Source: Verrucomicrobiota bacterium (lineage in GTDB: Bacteria > Verrucomicrobiota > Verrucomicrobiia > Limisphaerales > Palsa-1400). Taken from it: a DNA stretch of 54,532 nucleotides. The stretch is from assembly GCA_049510745.1 (NCBI GenBank), contig JBEKYR010000036.1:1-54532 (forward strand), written 5' to 3'. A program made the position numbers and the translations under genes. The notes under the pieces were generated by a model, which saw only the letters and a list, made by a program, of their open reading frames with translations, ran no database searches and was not told the origin of the DNA. The first letter of the stretch is position 1. Each line of letters starts with the position of its first letter. Positions 20,578 to 29,300 of the stretch are shown here, piece after piece.

Positions 20578-23286
20578 CTAAAAATGAAGCGGTTCTTGCG
20601 ACACCGTTCTAATGGAAGTTGTGGCGCTCCGCAAGCCATCCGCTTTGGCTCTAACATTGATGTGTCCGGGTTGTCCAGGCTTGCCGCGAATGATGACCAG
20701 GCATAGCCCATTAAATGCGGCGCGATCACGGGATTGAAACGGTTCGAGGCTGGTCGGATCACCATTATCGGTCGCCACAATCTCTCCCGGCCCCGCAATG
20801 TCAAAATAGACGCGATTGTTCGCTCGCGGCGCCGTCCAGCCATTCTTGTCTGTTACCTTCACTGTCACGAACGACAAGTCGCGCCCGTCTGCGCGGATCC
20901 GCGCGCGATCTGGCTCCAGTTTAAGCCGGGAAGGGCTTCCTGCCGATTTCATCATGTCCGTGGCCCACTTTGCGCCGTTCTTGTAAGCGATAACCTTTAA
21001 GATGCCAGGTTCGTAAACGACATCGTCCCACCGGAGACGATATTCGTAAGGCGCCTTCTTTTTCCGGCCCAACGATTTGCCGTTAAGGAATAACTCGGCT
21101 TCATCTCCGGAGGTGAAGACATGAACGGGAGTGACTTTTCCGATGCGTTCAGGCCACGACCAATGCGGCAGAATGTGCGCCATTGGAAAGTCCGGACGCC
21201 AATGGGATTGGTACAAGTAAAAGCGGTCCTTTTTGAAGCCGGCGAGGTCGATGATTCCGGAATACGAACTGCGTGATGAGTCGAACGGTGTCGGTTCGCC
21301 AAGATAATCCCAGCCCGTCCAGACAAATTCGCCGCCGACGTATGGGTGCTGTTCTTGGGAGGCGAACACCTTGTCTGCTGAAGCGCCAAAAGCCGCGAAA
21401 TAGAGTTCATAGGCGCTGACTTGATGGAGCGCACGGTTTTCCCCCGCGTTGGTTCCGACGGCTGCGCCAAAGCCGCTGGCGACCGGGAACAGATATTCAC
21501 CGCGGGTGCTCAGCGCGGAAGCCGTTTCACTGCCAAATATAAATTTGTCCGGAAAGCGTTGATGGAAGGCGGGATATTTGCCGGGAGCGCCGCGGATGCC
21601 CGCGCCCTGATAGTTAAGGCCGATCACATCCAGGGCCGCCGGAAACGGATTCGTGGCCTGCGCCCAATTCATGGCGCTGGTAACGGGGCGGGTCGAATCT
21701 TCTTCATGCGCCATGTCGGTCAGGGCCTTTGCCAAGGCGGCGCCGTTTGTGTCGGTGAATTGCTCGCCTACTTCGTTGCCGATGCTCCAGAGCACGACGG
21801 AGGGCGAATTTCGATCCCGCCGCAGTTGGGATCGCAAATCCTGCTCATGCCAGTCCGGAAAAATAAGGTGAAAATCGAAGGGCGTTTTCCGCCGTTTCCA
21901 TACGTCAAACGCCTCGTCCATGACCAGGAAGCCCATTTTATCCGCGAGCTCAAGAAGTTCCGGCGCGGGGGGGTTATGGCTCGTGCGAATGGCGTTGCAA
22001 CCCATCTCTCGCAGCATTTCCAACTGCCGCTGCAACGCCCGACCGTTCAACGCCGCGCCCAGCGCTCCCAAATCATGATGGTCGCAAACTCCGTTGAGCA
22101 GGATGTGCTCGCCGTTGATAAAAAGCCCCTCGTTTGGATCAAACCTCAGCGTTCGAATTCCAAAGGGCGTTTCATACGTGTCCGTGGCCTGGCCGGCCCG
22201 CCAAACCGTAGTCACCGCGACGTAGCGATTCGGCTGCTGCCGCGGCGGCGGCCCCCAAAGCTCCGGATTGACGATGACTCCGTCCCCTGCCGCGACCAAT
22301 TTGGCGCCGGCCCCTATCCGCCCCTCGAAGGGGGTGATGGCCGCAACCGCCCTTCTGCTTTTGTGATCATGCGAGTCGAGAATAAAAATCTGTGTTGACA
22401 CACTCACTTCAGCGCTTTGGGTGGAATCGTTCTCGATGGTTGTCTCCAAATGGACCGTGGCCGATTTTGCCGAAACTTCCGGCGTGGTCACTTGCGTTCC
22501 CCAGTGGGCGACATGGATGGGCGAGGTCTTGACAAGCCACACATTTCGATAAACTCCGCCACCGGGGTACCAGCGGGATGATTTAGGGGGATTGTCCAGC
22601 CGAATGGCCAGGGTATTCTGCTCCCCAGGCCTCACGAACCGCGTGAGATCGAGCCGCCATGACGCATAACCGTAAGGCCACCCGCCGACAATTTCTCCGT
22701 TCAACCACACCGCCGCGTAAGACATCGCGCCATCCACGTCCAGAAAGATGCGTTTGCCGGCGTCGTCTGCCGGGATGTTCAACTTTTTCCGATACCAACC
22801 GACGCCGGGACTGGGCAAACGTCCCATCCCGCCACCCCCTGTCCTTAGGAACGGCCCTTCTATCGCCCAATCATGCGGCAAATTCACTTGTTGCCATCCA
22901 CTGTCATCAAATCCCGGTTGCGCATACTCGACATTTTCTCCGACGTTGCCTGCCGGTCTGACAAATCTGCGTGATGCTTCCTTTATGAACTCATTCCCCG
23001 TCGGGAGGATCCATGGCTTCAGTGCTGTGGCCTGAGGTGGGAACTCGTTGGTCTGCGTTGCTGAGCTATCGTCCGCAGCCTCTTCGACTGCATATCGATC
23101 GCTCTTTTGCCAGCTTCCATCGTAGGTCAAGGCCGATCTGCTGCCTGCCGGATCATCCTTCTTGAACCGCCAATTGTCATCAATCGAAATCCGCTCTCGT
23201 GGAACAGTTTGCGCCGCCAGCTTGCCTGGCAACAATAGGCCAATTACGAAGGCGGCGATCACGAAGGGTTCAGGCGCTTTCAACAT
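20578..23286 (-). CDS. Glycoside hydrolase family 2 (beta-galactosidase-like), secreted
   Basis: Signal peptide; LPHDWAIEGP, SRWYPGGG, IRTSHNPP, WSIGNE (acid/base), GSET (nucleophile), WTGWDYLGEPTP. Confidence 0.93.
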   Translation of the reverse strand: MLKAPEPFVIAAFVIGLLLPGKLAAQTVPRERISIDDNWRFKKDDPAGSRSALTYDGSWQKSDRYAVEEAADDSSATQTNEFPPQATALKPWILPTGNEFIKEASRRFVRPAGNVGENVEYAQPGFDDSGWQQVNLPHDWAIEGPFLRTGGGGMGRLPSPGVGWYRKKLNIPADDAGKRIFLDVDGAMSYAAVWLNGEIVGGWPYGYASWRLDLTRFVRPGEQNTLAIRLDNPPKSSRWYPGGGVYRNVWLVKTSPIHVAHWGTQVTTPEVSAKSATVHLETTIENDSTQSAEVSVSTQIFILDSHDHKSRRAVAAITPFEGRIGAGAKLVAAGDGVIVNPELWGPPPRQQPNRYVAVTTVWRAGQATDTYETPFGIRTLRFDPNEGLFINGEHILLNGVCDHHDLGALGAALNGRALQRQLEMLREMGCNAIRTSHNPPAPELLELADKMGFLVMDEAFDVWKRRKTPFDFHLIFPDWHEQDLRSQLRRDRNSPSVVLWSIGNEVGEQFTDTNGAALAKALTDMAHEEDSTRPVTSAMNWAQATNPFPAALDVIGLNYQGAGIRGAPGKYPAFHQRFPDKFIFGSETASALSTRGEYLFPVASGFGAAVGTNAGENRALHQVSAYELYFAAFGASADKVFASQEQHPYVGGEFVWTGWDYLGEPTPFDSSRSSYSGIIDLAGFKKDRFYLYQSHWRPDFPMAHILPHWSWPERIGKVTPVHVFTSGDEAELFLNGKSLGRKKKAPYEYRLRWDDVVYEPGILKVIAYKNGAKWATDMMKSAGSPSRLKLEPDRARIRADGRDLSFVTVKVTDKNGWTAPRANNRVYFDIAGPGEIVATDNGDPTSLEPFQSRDRAAFNGLCLVIIRGKPGQPGHINVRAKADGLRSATTSIRTVSQEPLHF

Positions 23287-23299
23287 AACGCGAGAATAA

Positions 23300-24547
23300 T
23301 TATTGGTTAAACAGTGTCAAATCTATCGCATTGGCCATCGCTTGGTAACCGGAGGGATTCAGATGCAGGCCATCGCCGCTGTCGTAAGCACGGAGTAGAT
23401 TGGTCAAGGTCGTCGGGTTGCGCACTACGGCGTCAAAATCGATCACGCCGTCATATAGATTATTGGTCCGAATCCAGGTGTTCACCGTCTGGCGCGCCGC
23501 TTCGTGGGCGGCCGAGAAATAGAAACTCCCGCCAAAGGGCGTGATGGTGGCGCCATAGGCAAGAATGTTGCGGGCATGCGCTTTGGCAATGAATTGCGTG
23601 TAGGCGTTGATCAGGTTCGTCGCCAAAGCCGGGCTGCCGGAGGCGCTGGCGCCGCCTATGTCATTGACCCCCTCGGAAACGATCAGCCAGCGGGCGCCGC
23701 TTTGACCAAGCACGTCGCGATCAAACCGCGCCACCGCCGCGGGACCAAGCCCCGCAAAGATTCCGTTGCCCCCAATGCCCATGTTGACCACCGCGACCTC
23801 GGCCGTCCGCGGGTTGGTGTTCAGGCGTCGCGCCAGATCATCCGGCCAACGATCGTTGCCGTCTGTCGTTGAACCCCGGCCGTCGGTGATGGAATCGCCA
23901 AGTGTAACCACCGCTCCGCCTTCACTCTCAGCCAAGACATCAATGCCGGTGATGATATACCAATGCGCTGTCGTGGCCGCTCCGGCCATGCTGGCCGCGG
24001 CAACAACATTGCCGGGAAGAATGAAAGACGTAGTGCGGGAGCCGGGATGCCCGTTGATCGTCGTGCCGGAAATATCTCCGAAAAAAATCGACACAGCGAC
24101 ATTGGTCAGGGACGGCAAATCGAAGTCGAGCGGGTCGGACAAGACCATCGCCCCTGGCGGAAGGGTGATCAAAGGCGCGCCCCCAAACAGGAGCGCCTTG
24201 TCGGTGGCTGGGTTAATGTCGCCGTGGCCCGCGCTCCCGGCTCCGGCCGATAACGCCATATGAACTGAATTGATCGTCACGGAGTTCGTGCCGTAGGCAT
24301 TTGATAACCGCAGGCGCAGATGCTTTCCGCCCACCGTAACATGAGCGAACTGTCGCAGCGTGCCGTTGGCCAAAGGCGCCGGCGGCAGGTTCCTTGGCTC
24401 CGTCAACTGCGGCCCACACCCCCAAGTAGTCAACCAGTGCCCCGCCGCCGCAGCAGCGCCATGAGTCATGCCACACAAAGCTAATACCAGGAAAAAGCCG
24501 ACCGAGCTGCTTGCGGCAAATCCTGGATTCCGATTCTTGAATTCCAT
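23300..24547 (-). CDS. Secreted SGNH/GDSL hydrolase
   Basis: LGDSITDG, NMGIGGN, EGVND, DGLH catalytic blocks; signal peptide; AAAGGAG RBS. Confidence 0.92.
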   Translation of the reverse strand: MEFKNRNPGFAASSSVGFFLVLALCGMTHGAAAAAGHWLTTWGCGPQLTEPRNLPPAPLANGTLRQFAHVTVGGKHLRLRLSNAYGTNSVTINSVHMALSAGAGSAGHGDINPATDKALLFGGAPLITLPPGAMVLSDPLDFDLPSLTNVAVSIFFGDISGTTINGHPGSRTTSFILPGNVVAAASMAGAATTAHWYIITGIDVLAESEGGAVVTLGDSITDGRGSTTDGNDRWPDDLARRLNTNPRTAEVAVVNMGIGGNGIFAGLGPAAVARFDRDVLGQSGARWLIVSEGVNDIGGASASGSPALATNLINAYTQFIAKAHARNILAYGATITPFGGSFYFSAAHEAARQTVNTWIRTNNLYDGVIDFDAVVRNPTTLTNLLRAYDSGDGLHLNPSGYQAMANAIDLTLFNQ

Positions 24548-24675
24548 TTTGGTCTCCTTTCTATAATCACTCGGTTAGCTTCTTCAGGGAAGCCTGAACT
24601 GGGCGCATTCTCTCTGCGGGGCGCGCTCCCAAGGACGCCTGCAATCGACTCAATCCCGTAGAATCGTGCTCGCAC

Positions 24676-24711
24676 AAAAAACGATGCCGGGCTTACCTCT
24701 GCCCGGCATCG
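24676..24711 (-). terminator. Intrinsic terminator ~130 bp upstream of the SGNH gene
   Basis: Perfect 11-bp stem CGATGCCGGGC/GCCCGGCATCG, 8-nt loop, T6 tract on the minus strand. Confidence 0.7.
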
Positions 24712-24787
24712 CCACACCAACCCAATATCTCTCCCGAGATATTTACGGCCCATTTCCAACCCTATCAGTGGGGCGTTTGATTGCCAA

Positions 24788-24803
24788 TCGGTACATATAC
24801 CTA
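24788..24803. promoter_or_regulatory. Sixth copy of the 16-bp palindrome
   Basis: TCGGTacatatACCTA; same spacing as the sites at 16166-16351. Confidence 0.5.
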
Positions 24804-25517
24804 GGTTGACTGCAATCTTGTCAAACCCTCCATCGCCCCCGTGAAGCCCTCAATTCGGCGCTCTCCGCAGGTGTGGTGTGCGCCGACGCCTGCAACCGGC
24901 GGCGCCTGATTTGAGAGATCATTAACCCAATTTATACCTGTCATAAAGACAGTGTAACTGCGGCAACGAACCGCGCCTGCCAACGATCACATGCCGGCGA
25001 ACAGCGAAGCAACTCTCCTGCCGCGGATGCCATATTGCCACTCCGGTCCTGGTTTCTTCGCGCTCACTTTTACAAAGGCCAGGGACGGACGCAACCCGCC
25101 AATTCGCGGCCTGCGTCCCGGAAATTGAGCCTTGACGCCATTGCCGCGTGTTTTCCGCTGCCCTGGTCGCATTGTGGAAGGGTTCTTTTGACAGAGCGGC
25201 GTTAAAGTCGTGGGCGGCGGACAAGGGGATTCCGATTTACGGTTTGACAACGAGGGCGCACGGTTCGGACGGCCAGTGGTATGATGTGCCTGACCGTGAG
25301 GGGGGCGCGGGCGGGGTGCGTGTTGAAACAAGCGGGGGAGTTTTGGAAGTCGTAAAATATGCGATTATGCGGGACCGGCCCGGTTACGCATTTTGCAATT
25401 CCAAACCCACTGCACAACGGGCTTGGTGATCTCACGCTAGCCCTAGCGGCAATGAGCGGTTCAATATGGCGAGGTTACAACTTGCGTTTGACACGGGACT
25501 CGCACTAAACTCCGATT

Positions 25518-25739
25518 ATGAGTAACCACTCGATGGCGACAATGATTGGTAGTGGACTTGTCACACTCGCTGGGATAGCTTGGTATTTTTATGTGCCGAC
25601 TTACATCGGGAAACGAGTTGCCGCCGGTCTTGAGCCAGCCGCAAAGGAGGCGGCATTAATCAAAAATAACCGGATGGTCGCAATCCTCATTATCGTATCC
25701 AGTGCAGCTAGCCTCGTTGGCAGCCTTACCGGAAGTTGA
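25518..25739 (+). CDS. Small two-TM membrane protein
   Basis: 73-aa ORF with two hydrophobic stretches. Confidence 0.55.
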   Translation: MSNHSMATMIGSGLVTLAGIAWYFYVPTYIGKRVAAGLEPAAKEAALIKNNRMVAILIIVSSAASLVGSLTGS

Positions 25740-25914
25740 GATACCCAAAACCACGATTGGTTCCCTCCTCCACTGGATTGTACACCAACGTCCGGGCGTT
25801 TTACGCGGCCCTTGTCCGTGTTTGTCGGGAAAGGGATGAAGACATCGGAACGGTCACCAAGGTCCGAAAACGAGGTTTTTAAGACGCACAGGACTTTTCC
25901 AGGAACCAGCCTTT

Positions 25915-25990
25915 TCGCGCAGAGGCGCAGAGCGCGCAGAGAAAAACTGTTTTCTTCCTCCCTCTCCGCGGCCTTTGCGGCTCTGCGCGA
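25915..25990. repeat. Imperfect palindromic REP-like element
   Basis: TCGCGCAGAG-GCGCAGAG-CGCGCAGAG ... CTCTCCGCG-GCCTTTGCG-GCTCTGCGCGA. Confidence 0.7.
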
Positions 25991-26136
25991 GTATCCCCAC
26001 TCGGAGCGTTGTCACGCAGCGGGAACGCTTCATTCCCTGGTCGGCACAATACGAAGAAATTTGTCCTGCACCCAATCACCCGCTGCGTCACAGATGCGCC
26101 TTGCGAGTTTGCCGGAGCGGGACTAACCTGCCAAAA

Positions 26137-26337
26137 ATGAGCGTTCAAGAGATCAAAGACGCGGTGCAACATCTCAGCCTGGAGGAACGGGCGGAAGTCG
26201 CGGCCTGCCTTCATTCGTGGAACGACGACGAGTGGGATGAACAGATGAAACGCGATCTGGCCGCCGGAAAACTCGACAAAATTCTGGCCCGGGTGGACGC
26301 GGACATTGCGGAAAACAAAATTCGTGACATGCCGTGA
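26137..26337 (+). CDS. Putative antitoxin
   Basis: 66 aa MSVQEIKDAVQHLS...WDEQMKRDLAAGKLD, acidic; GTGA overlap with the downstream toxin. Confidence 0.75.
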   Translation: MSVQEIKDAVQHLSLEERAEVAACLHSWNDDEWDEQMKRDLAAGKLDKILARVDADIAENKIRDMP

Positions 26338-26603
26338 TTTCGCGGACGCACGCGCAGTTTTGGGAATGCTTCAATGCCCTGCCTGAGGACGTCCAACGGA
26401 TTGCGAAAGAAAAGTACCGGCTTTGGGACCGGGACTGTTTTCATCCATCGCTCCATTTCAAACCACTGAAGGATGATGTCTGGTCGGTCAGAATCAACCA
26501 GAGCTATCGGGCTTTGGGCCGACGCAAGGGAGCGTTAATCGTGTGGTTCTGGATCGGCACGCACGCGGAGTACGACAAGCTGGTGCAGCGCGCATCCTTC
26601 TGA
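26334..26603 (+). CDS. RelE/ParE-superfamily toxin
   Basis: FW..F..LP, HPSLHFK, WSVRI...YRALG, WFWIGTHAEYD pattern. Confidence 0.8.
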   Translation: MISRTHAQFWECFNALPEDVQRIAKEKYRLWDRDCFHPSLHFKPLKDDVWSVRINQSYRALGRRKGALIVWFWIGTHAEYDKLVQRASF

Positions 26604-26702
26604 TTCAGGCATCCGTCCAGCCATGACCGAACCGCCAATGCGCGGCCTGTGGGCGCGCCATGAGCGTGGTGGCATCCACTACGGCCGTGGCAATCGAACC
26701 TC

Positions 26703-28097
26703 TCAATCCTCCGGCCACTCGCCGCTTGGCGCCATCTTTACCAGCTTGGGATCGAATTGGCCCAGCGTCGTCACCAAATCCGTTTGCGCCGCCATCACCT
26801 CGCGGATGTTTTTGTAGGCCATCGGGACTTCGTCCAGGCCGGCGGAAATGAGCGTCACGCCGCGCTCGCGGAGAAAACGGTTCACGTCCTTCCAGTTGAA
26901 CCGTTCGTTGGCCGCCTTCCGGCTCATCGCCCGGCCCGCCCCGTGCGCGGCGGAGTTGAGCGATTCCGCGTTGCCCCTGCCGCTGACCACAAATCCCGGC
27001 GAGGCCATCGAGCCGGGAATGATGCCCAGCACGCCTTCGCCCGCGGGCGTCGCGCCTTTGCGATGCACAATGACCTCGCGTTCCACGCCGCCAATGCAAT
27101 GCCGTTCTTTCCAGGCGAAGTTGTGATGGTTTTCCAAATCGAGCAAGACCCGCGCGCCGAGATTGGCCGCGATGTGCCGGTGGATGAGCGCGTGGTTCGC
27201 CGCCGCGTAGCGCCCCATCAATTCCATCGCCGCCCAGTATTCCTGCCCTTCCTGCGAATCCAGCGACAGCCACGCCAGCCGCTTCAATTCGCCGGGCAAA
27301 TCCTTGAACTGCGCGAAGGCCAGCTTCGAATAGTAATCGCACACCGCGGCGCCCGTGCCGCGGCTGCCGCTGTGGGACAACAGCGCCACGTAAGTTCCCG
27401 GTTCCAGTTCTCCAATTTTGCCGTGGGCCGTGAACAGGCCGAATTCAACAAAATGATTGCCGCTGCCGCTGGTGCCCAGTTGCGACCAGGCGCGGTCCTT
27501 GTTTTGTTTGGTGACCGGGCTGACCGACCAATCGGCGTCCAACACCTCATGCTGGCGGCGCTCCTTGAAGGTCGCGCCCACCCCAAAACGCGTCTCCGCC
27601 TCGATGGCCCGAGCGAGCCGGTCCTGCTTCCGCTCCAGGTCGCGCGCGGGAATGTCCAGCACCGTCATTTTCATGCGGCAGGCGATGTCCACGCCGACGG
27701 CATAGGGAATGACGGCATTGTCCGTGGCCAGCACGCCGCCGATGGGCAAACCGTATCCAACATGCGCGTCCGGCATCAGCGCGCCGGCGACCGCCACCGG
27801 CAGCAAACAGGCCTTCTCCATCTGCATGACCGCTTCGTGCTCCAGCCCCGCGCCCCACTGCCGATACTTGATCGGCTCGGCGCGCGGCGGCGGCGGCGCC
27901 TTGAGCAACGCCCTGGCGAAGTTCCCGCGCAACGGATCGTCCACGAAGGCTGACGGATGGCGCACGACGGCTTCCACTTCCTGGCGCAAGCGCGACTTGT
28001 CGCCGCCGCCGAGGATGAAGTTGGACACAAAATCTGTCGCGCGCCGGGTCGCTTCACCCAGCGGCACACCGAGCCGGAGAAAGTCTTTGGAGTTCAT
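26703..28097 (-). CDS. rtcB: RtcB RNA ligase
   Basis: PDAHVGYGLPIG, GVDIACRM, GSGNHF, HSGSRG, HRKGAT, PGSM, HGAGR, DEVPMAYK; start set at MNSKDF. Confidence 0.94.
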   Translation of the reverse strand: MNSKDFLRLGVPLGEATRRATDFVSNFILGGGDKSRLRQEVEAVVRHPSAFVDDPLRGNFARALLKAPPPPRAEPIKYRQWGAGLEHEAVMQMEKACLLPVAVAGALMPDAHVGYGLPIGGVLATDNAVIPYAVGVDIACRMKMTVLDIPARDLERKQDRLARAIEAETRFGVGATFKERRQHEVLDADWSVSPVTKQNKDRAWSQLGTSGSGNHFVEFGLFTAHGKIGELEPGTYVALLSHSGSRGTGAAVCDYYSKLAFAQFKDLPGELKRLAWLSLDSQEGQEYWAAMELMGRYAAANHALIHRHIAANLGARVLLDLENHHNFAWKERHCIGGVEREVIVHRKGATPAGEGVLGIIPGSMASPGFVVSGRGNAESLNSAAHGAGRAMSRKAANERFNWKDVNRFLRERGVTLISAGLDEVPMAYKNIREVMAAQTDLVTTLGQFDPKLVKMAPSGEWPED

Positions 28098-28110
28098 GGC
28101 TCGAAACCAT

Positions 28111-28127
28111 TGCCATCCGTTTGCCAA
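28111..28127 (-). promoter_or_regulatory. Putative sigma54 (-24/-12) promoter of rtcB
   Basis: Minus strand TTGGCAAACGGATGGCA = GG-N10-GC, 14 nt before the ATG. Confidence 0.55.
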
Positions 28128-28227
28128 GTCTTTCCCATCAGTACCCTGAACACCCTTGACTTTCCAGGCAAACCCGGCGCCGCCGGGTATTTCGAGGAGC
28201 GGCGGCGGCAGGGACAGGCGCAACGAA

Positions 28228-28494
28228 TCAATCGTTTAATGGGCCTTCGTAATACGAAGCGGTCCCTCTCCGGCGCGTTTCCTCCGAGGGCACAGGGGAC
28301 CGGGACGCCAGCGTCACGCTGGCCATGCTCAAAGTTTGCCGTTGCCTGGAGAGGTTTGGCCCCGGCGCGCCCCTGGCTGCCTGCCCGGTTCTCCCCTGGT
28401 TCATAACATCAATCGCCGGCGCGGATCCGCATGGCAATGGGCGGGCCGGCTTGGGTCGTGGAATCATCACTCGTGGCGTGCTCATGGTACCCAT
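28228..28494 (-). CDS. Hypothetical small protein (88 aa)
   Basis: Strong AAGGAGG RBS 5 nt before ATG; no recognisable domain. Confidence 0.45.
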   Translation of the reverse strand: MGTMSTPRVMIPRPKPARPLPCGSAPAIDVMNQGRTGQAARGAPGPNLSRQRQTLSMASVTLASRSPVPSEETRRRGTASYYEGPLND

Positions 28495-28937
28495 ATCGTC
28501 CTCCTTTTGCGGCCGTCCTCTCCATAATTTGCGAAAAGCACCGATTTTTTTGGCGGCTAAATCTTGCCAAAGCGAGCGCATAGGAATACCGGGAGCAGTG
28601 ATTTCCGAAAAACGCCCGGCTCAAACCCGGCGGAGGGCGGCGCCATCCGGGGCCAAGCCCGGCAGCCGCCGTTGAGGCCGCAATTGACGGTTAGCTTTTG
28701 CCAATTTTTGTGTAGCAGGGCGGCGCCGGAAGCCGATAAGGTCTATTCAATGCATGGATTGCCGACAGAGGAGTCGAGGCCCAAACAAACGAAACGGCCA
28801 GACGATGGTGAGAAGACACGCAAGAATCCCGTGGATCGAACATCGGAGTTGCCGGATTGCACACTCGAGCAGTTGGGACTGCGTTGCAACACCGAAACAA
28901 CGGTGATGAAACGGATTCTGCACTTTCCGCTGTCTGG

Positions 28938-29144
28938 CTAGAGGGCGTTCGGCGCGAACGATCGGGGAGGACTGGGGTCTCCCCAGGATGTCCGGGTCGC
29001 CGTCACCGAGGGATCGCAAGGCGATGGCGGCGAAGCGGAAGGGGGTCTGTGTTCTCGCTCCGTTCTGGCGCGGGGTGCTCTAGGGGAGTGGGTTTGTTTT
29101 TTTCTTTTTCCTGGTTTCGCTGGCGGTGCCGCCGCCACATTCAT
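28938..29144 (-). CDS. Hypothetical small Pro/Arg-rich protein
   Basis: ATG ORF preceded by GGGAGAG; no domain recognised. Confidence 0.25.
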   Translation of the reverse strand: MNVAAAPPAKPGKRKKQTHSPRAPRARTEREHRPPSASPPSPCDPSVTATRTSWGDPSPPRSFAPNAL

Positions 29145-29300
29145 GGATATTCGTCTCTCCCTTCATGCACTCAAACTGGAGTTGACCCGCCCGCCGGACG
29201 TTTGAGAGCATGGGTTTGGCGCAAAAAACGCAAAGTCTCCGCCAAGAACCGGCAAGACGCCGGCCCGGCGCGGGACTAGCATTTTGCCAGAAAGGTTTCT

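Noticed and set aside
24922..25435. Several overlapping short ORFs, or an IS remnant
   Set aside because: No RBS, domain, paired terminal repeats or transposase signature recognisable
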